This document shows, piece after piece, positions 62,981-64,000 of a DNA stretch of 64,000 nt; the first letter of the stretch is position 1, and every line of letters begins with the position of its first letter. The stretch lies in assembly GCA_040954595.2 (NCBI GenBank), contig CM082596.2, forward strand, positions 1,703,854-1,767,853, written 5' to 3'. The notes under the pieces are model-generated. The model worked only from the letters and a program-made list of their open reading frames with translations. It was not told the DNA's origin and did not search any database. The stretch comes from Balanoglossus misakiensis. Its lineage: Eukaryota > Animalia > Hemichordata. The position numbers were made by a program, and so were the translations under genes.

Positions 62981-64000
62981 GTAAGTGAGGAGGCCCATGC
63001 TTTCTTTCCAGTAGACAACCAAGGGAAGTACATGTACACACACTTGTCCATCACACACCCTTTACACAATGACCTCTTTGACATCATTCGGAAGTTGTCT
63101 TCTGAGCAGGGTTCAAAGGGTTAATCAAACAGTGTACACCCCTTTTAGTTTCCAAATCATTGACTGATCCTTTTGTGTGGCTGGTCAATTCCATTTAACA
63201 ATAGGGGTGAAAATGGGCAACAAAGCATTTATCGAAAAAATGTTAAGATCAAGGCAAATGGTCATATTTCAGTATTTCTGTCCCAAAAATAAATTACTGT
63301 TTTTATGTAATAAGGACAGTTTTTAGACACGTTTTGCTAGTTTGTATGAAACAGTTATATTTACTTAACAGCTAAACTGGCCTACAATGTTAGTGTAGAT
63401 CTCAAAAGCAATTAATACTAACAAAGCATTTTGTCCCTTTTGTCCTGATTATGCAAACACAAAGTCCAGATTAATACTTCTAACTTCCACAGGCTACTAA
63501 CTCTCTGTGTATATGATGCTACTAGTAATAGATCACATGCACAGTACGGAATATTGTATGACTGAGGAGATCCGTTCCGAATAATTGTGCAAATAAAGAT
63601 CCATGAATAGTGTCAAATTTCACTTGGCCATTTCAGTGGATAGTTTGAATGGAATTTGCATATGAATAGTCATTTGCATATTGGCGGATATTTAAATATA
63701 AATGAACTCATCAGTTCGGTATATCCGTGCATATAAAGAGTTTACGTTGCCTTCTAATGTTGGGTAATTTATGGCTAATTATGTTGATATAGTTCGAATA
63801 TCGAGCAGTCACTGCATTCACCCAGAAATGCAGATGAAATTAAATTATTTTCACTCCATCAATCTCTGGAAAATATTATAACTCCAGACGATCAGGGCCC
63901 ACATTCGTCTGTGCACTGGTCTGTGCTGAGAAATTCATAGGCTTTTGTTAGGAGTTTCCATTCAGTGTCTCTGTCTTGAAGATAAAAAGGTCAGTCCTTT

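Overview
AT-rich, intron-containing animal genomic DNA; gene content suggests an invertebrate deuterostome (inference). Four protein-coding genes were reconstructed by hand from GT-AG sites and phase consistency. (1) The 3' end of an unidentified, very acidic Glu/Ala/Gly/Asp-rich protein on + (221-6289), built from 12 symmetric phase-1 exons plus a terminal exon, with introns crowded with TGCATG motifs. (2) MPND (RAMA + JAMM/MPN) on - (8274-12133, probable first exon 18343-18409). (3) COPS8 on + (18493-20281), head-to-head with the probable MPND first exon. (4) The 5' part of a MYRIP/melanophilin-family Rab27 effector on + (43531 to >62980), with very large introns. Other elements: a 5'-truncated L2/CR1-group LINE with an intact RT frame (46094-47790); a decayed ~4 kb intronless coding relic with AlbA_2/Schlafen- and SAMD9-like motifs inside the probable MPND intron 1; faint piggyBac and THAP remnants; and simple repeats. 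No rRNA, tRNA or CRISPR array was recognised. Family assignments rest on recalled motifs, not database searches.
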